Positions 62,910 to 64,000 of a stretch of DNA of 64,000 nt are shown in pieces. Numbering within the stretch: the stretch's first letter is position 1; the number at the start of each line of letters is the position of its first letter. Below the pieces are notes generated by a model that made no database searches, was not told the origin of the DNA, and saw only the letters and a program-made list of their open reading frames with translations. Position numbers and translations under genes: made by a program. The DNA is from Candidatus Bipolaricaulota bacterium (GTDB lineage Bacteria > Bipolaricaulota > Bipolaricaulia > UBA7950 > UBA9294), in the NCBI GenBank assembly GCA_030606565.1, contig JAUWGE010000001.1, positions 4,478 to 68,477 on the forward strand, given 5' to 3'.

Positions 62910-62996
62910 ATGTGCCTGTCGGCTTGGCTGCTTCTATCCTTCTTCTGGGCTTTCTGGATCTTCGCGTTTGCTGGCTGGTGGTGCGGCTGTTGCTAA
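62910..62996 (+). CDS. Possible small hydrophobic Trp/Cys-rich peptide (28 aa)
   Basis: MCLSAWLLLSFFWAFWIFAFAGWWCGCC follows an AGGAG RBS (7 nt upstream). It lies in a lower-GC segment. Confidence 0.25.
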   Translation: MCLSAWLLLSFFWAFWIFAFAGWWCGCC

Positions 62997-63545
62997 TTTC
63001 TTCGTAGTTTAGGAGAACTTTTACCAAGCTTTCTCACACGCCAAGTTACGTCCTGCAGCGGCTAGCTAGGCAAGGAACGGCCAATGCGTTAGAAGCTTCG
63101 GTCCCTCTTTTTATTTGGACTGTTAGCCCCTTGACTTTGTTCGCCTCTCGGCAGGACCTACTCTGCTGCGAATAGCGAGGAACCTTACCTCCTCGATGCT
63201 CTCTGTCGACCGGGTACAACCACGCGCGAAATCCTAACCTGCGCCCAATCTGTGCTCTGCCTTGGTCATACCTCCGGTATGGACCTGCTTACAGGCGTAA
63301 TCGCCGCGTTGGAATGGGGCCTTGCGATCTCCAATTAGCGGCAGCGGGCTTCTTTCGCTCGACGGTAGATTGCTTCTAGGCTCGAGTCCCTTCAGGCACG
63401 CTTGAGTTCACCGCACCTAGAACCTTCCAGGTGACCTTTGACGTTTGTCTGAAATAGAAGGGCGCAAATTGGAAAGCCTTCATCCCTCTGATTACTGATT
63501 CGTCTCTTGTCTTTTTGGAGCATCCTGCGTATAGTCCTTTCGGAA

Positions 63546-64000
63546 ATGAGAGATACCATTGTTCTATTCGACGGATTCAATCTCTACCACGCCTTGATTG
63601 AGAAACACGGTGGCTATCGTCCATTCAAAGGGTACAAATGGCTAGATTACCGCGCTCTGGCCCAAGAGCTTCTTTCTCTACAAGAGACCCTTTCTGACAC
63701 GTATCTTTTCACAACGCACACGATTCCCGGAATGTATGCGTGGAAGTCGAAGAAAGCGCGCCACACAAGACTTCTTGAAGTCAATAGGGACAAGGGTGTT
63801 CAGGTCATAGAGGGGCGTTTTGCAAAGCGCCGACAAAAATGCCTAGTACCAAAGAAAGACGGGGGCTGCCGCAAGAGTTTCCTAAAACATGTGGAAAAAC
63901 GAACAGACGTGAACATTGCCGTCATATTGGTGTCGCTTGCATATCAGAAGGCGTTCGACAACGCTCTCCTTAGTGTCAGCAGACAGCGATCTAATCCCAG
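63546..64000 (+). CDS. NYN-domain (LabA-like, PIN-fold) protein, 3' partial
   Basis: MRDTIVLFDGFNLYHALIEKHGG... matches the NYN N-terminal pattern M..IA.F.DG.NLY. The gene continues beyond the window. Confidence 0.6.
   Translation, partial: MRDTIVLFDGFNLYHALIEKHGGYRPFKGYKWLDYRALAQELLSLQETLSDTYLFTTHTIPGMYAWKSKKARHTRLLEVNRDKGVQVIEGRFAKRRQKCLVPKKDGGCRKSFLKHVEKRTDVNIAVILVSLAYQKAFDNALLSVSRQRSNP

Overview
High-GC bacterial chromosomal window. The surface-protein genes (subtilisin-like protease, beta-helix proteins) carry a T9SS/FlgD-like C-terminal sorting domain, which suggests an FCB-group or candidate-phylum organism; this is inference.

Housekeeping genes from the 5' end: MATE efflux gene (partial), DMT transporter, GH114-like hydrolase, NMO/FabK, mutS2, spoVG, tRNA-Gln, rnc and tRNA-Arg. 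After the accessory locus described next come a 6-tRNA cluster, a WecA/MraY-family transferase, a TrmY-like methyltransferase fused to DUF2007, pcm and ltaE.

The rest of the window is accessory and dominated by secreted or cell-surface proteins:
(1) 7.5-11.9 kb holds a Cys-rich secreted protein followed by a 1215-aa secreted protein whose first ~800 residues are an almost uninterrupted (Ala-X)n dipeptide repeat. This is the most unusual locus.
(2) 19-21.4 kb and 58.8-60.1 kb carry PKD-domain lipoproteins.
(3) 21.6-25.3, 34-38, 40.6-43.9 and 44.2-48.4 kb carry an S8 protease, two >1100-aa right-handed beta-helix proteins and a 1055-aa poly-Pro protein. All end in a shared sorting-type C-terminal domain. 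Two of them are followed by PorV/PorQ-like outer-membrane protein genes.
(4) 26-40.6 kb is a toxin-antitoxin island with at least 10 modules (VapBC, HicAB, RelE/ParE with Phd, AbrB or RHH partners, DUF433/DUF5615, a frameshifted MazF) plus a Uma2 nuclease. Its spacers are built from tandem 7-mer and 8-mer oligonucleotide arrays and longer composite repeats.
(5) 53-58.7 kb has CARDB/DUF11 proteins, one with an IPTL-CTERM-type tail, immediately followed by a mini exosortase-like membrane protein.
(6) A nearly identical second copy of a tRNA-Arg-like gene lies 8.6 kb downstream of the first and overlaps the stop of a PKD gene. This marks a possible former integration event.

The window ends with the N-terminal transketolase subunit, no adjacent C-terminal partner, and a lower-GC segment with a NYN-domain gene.
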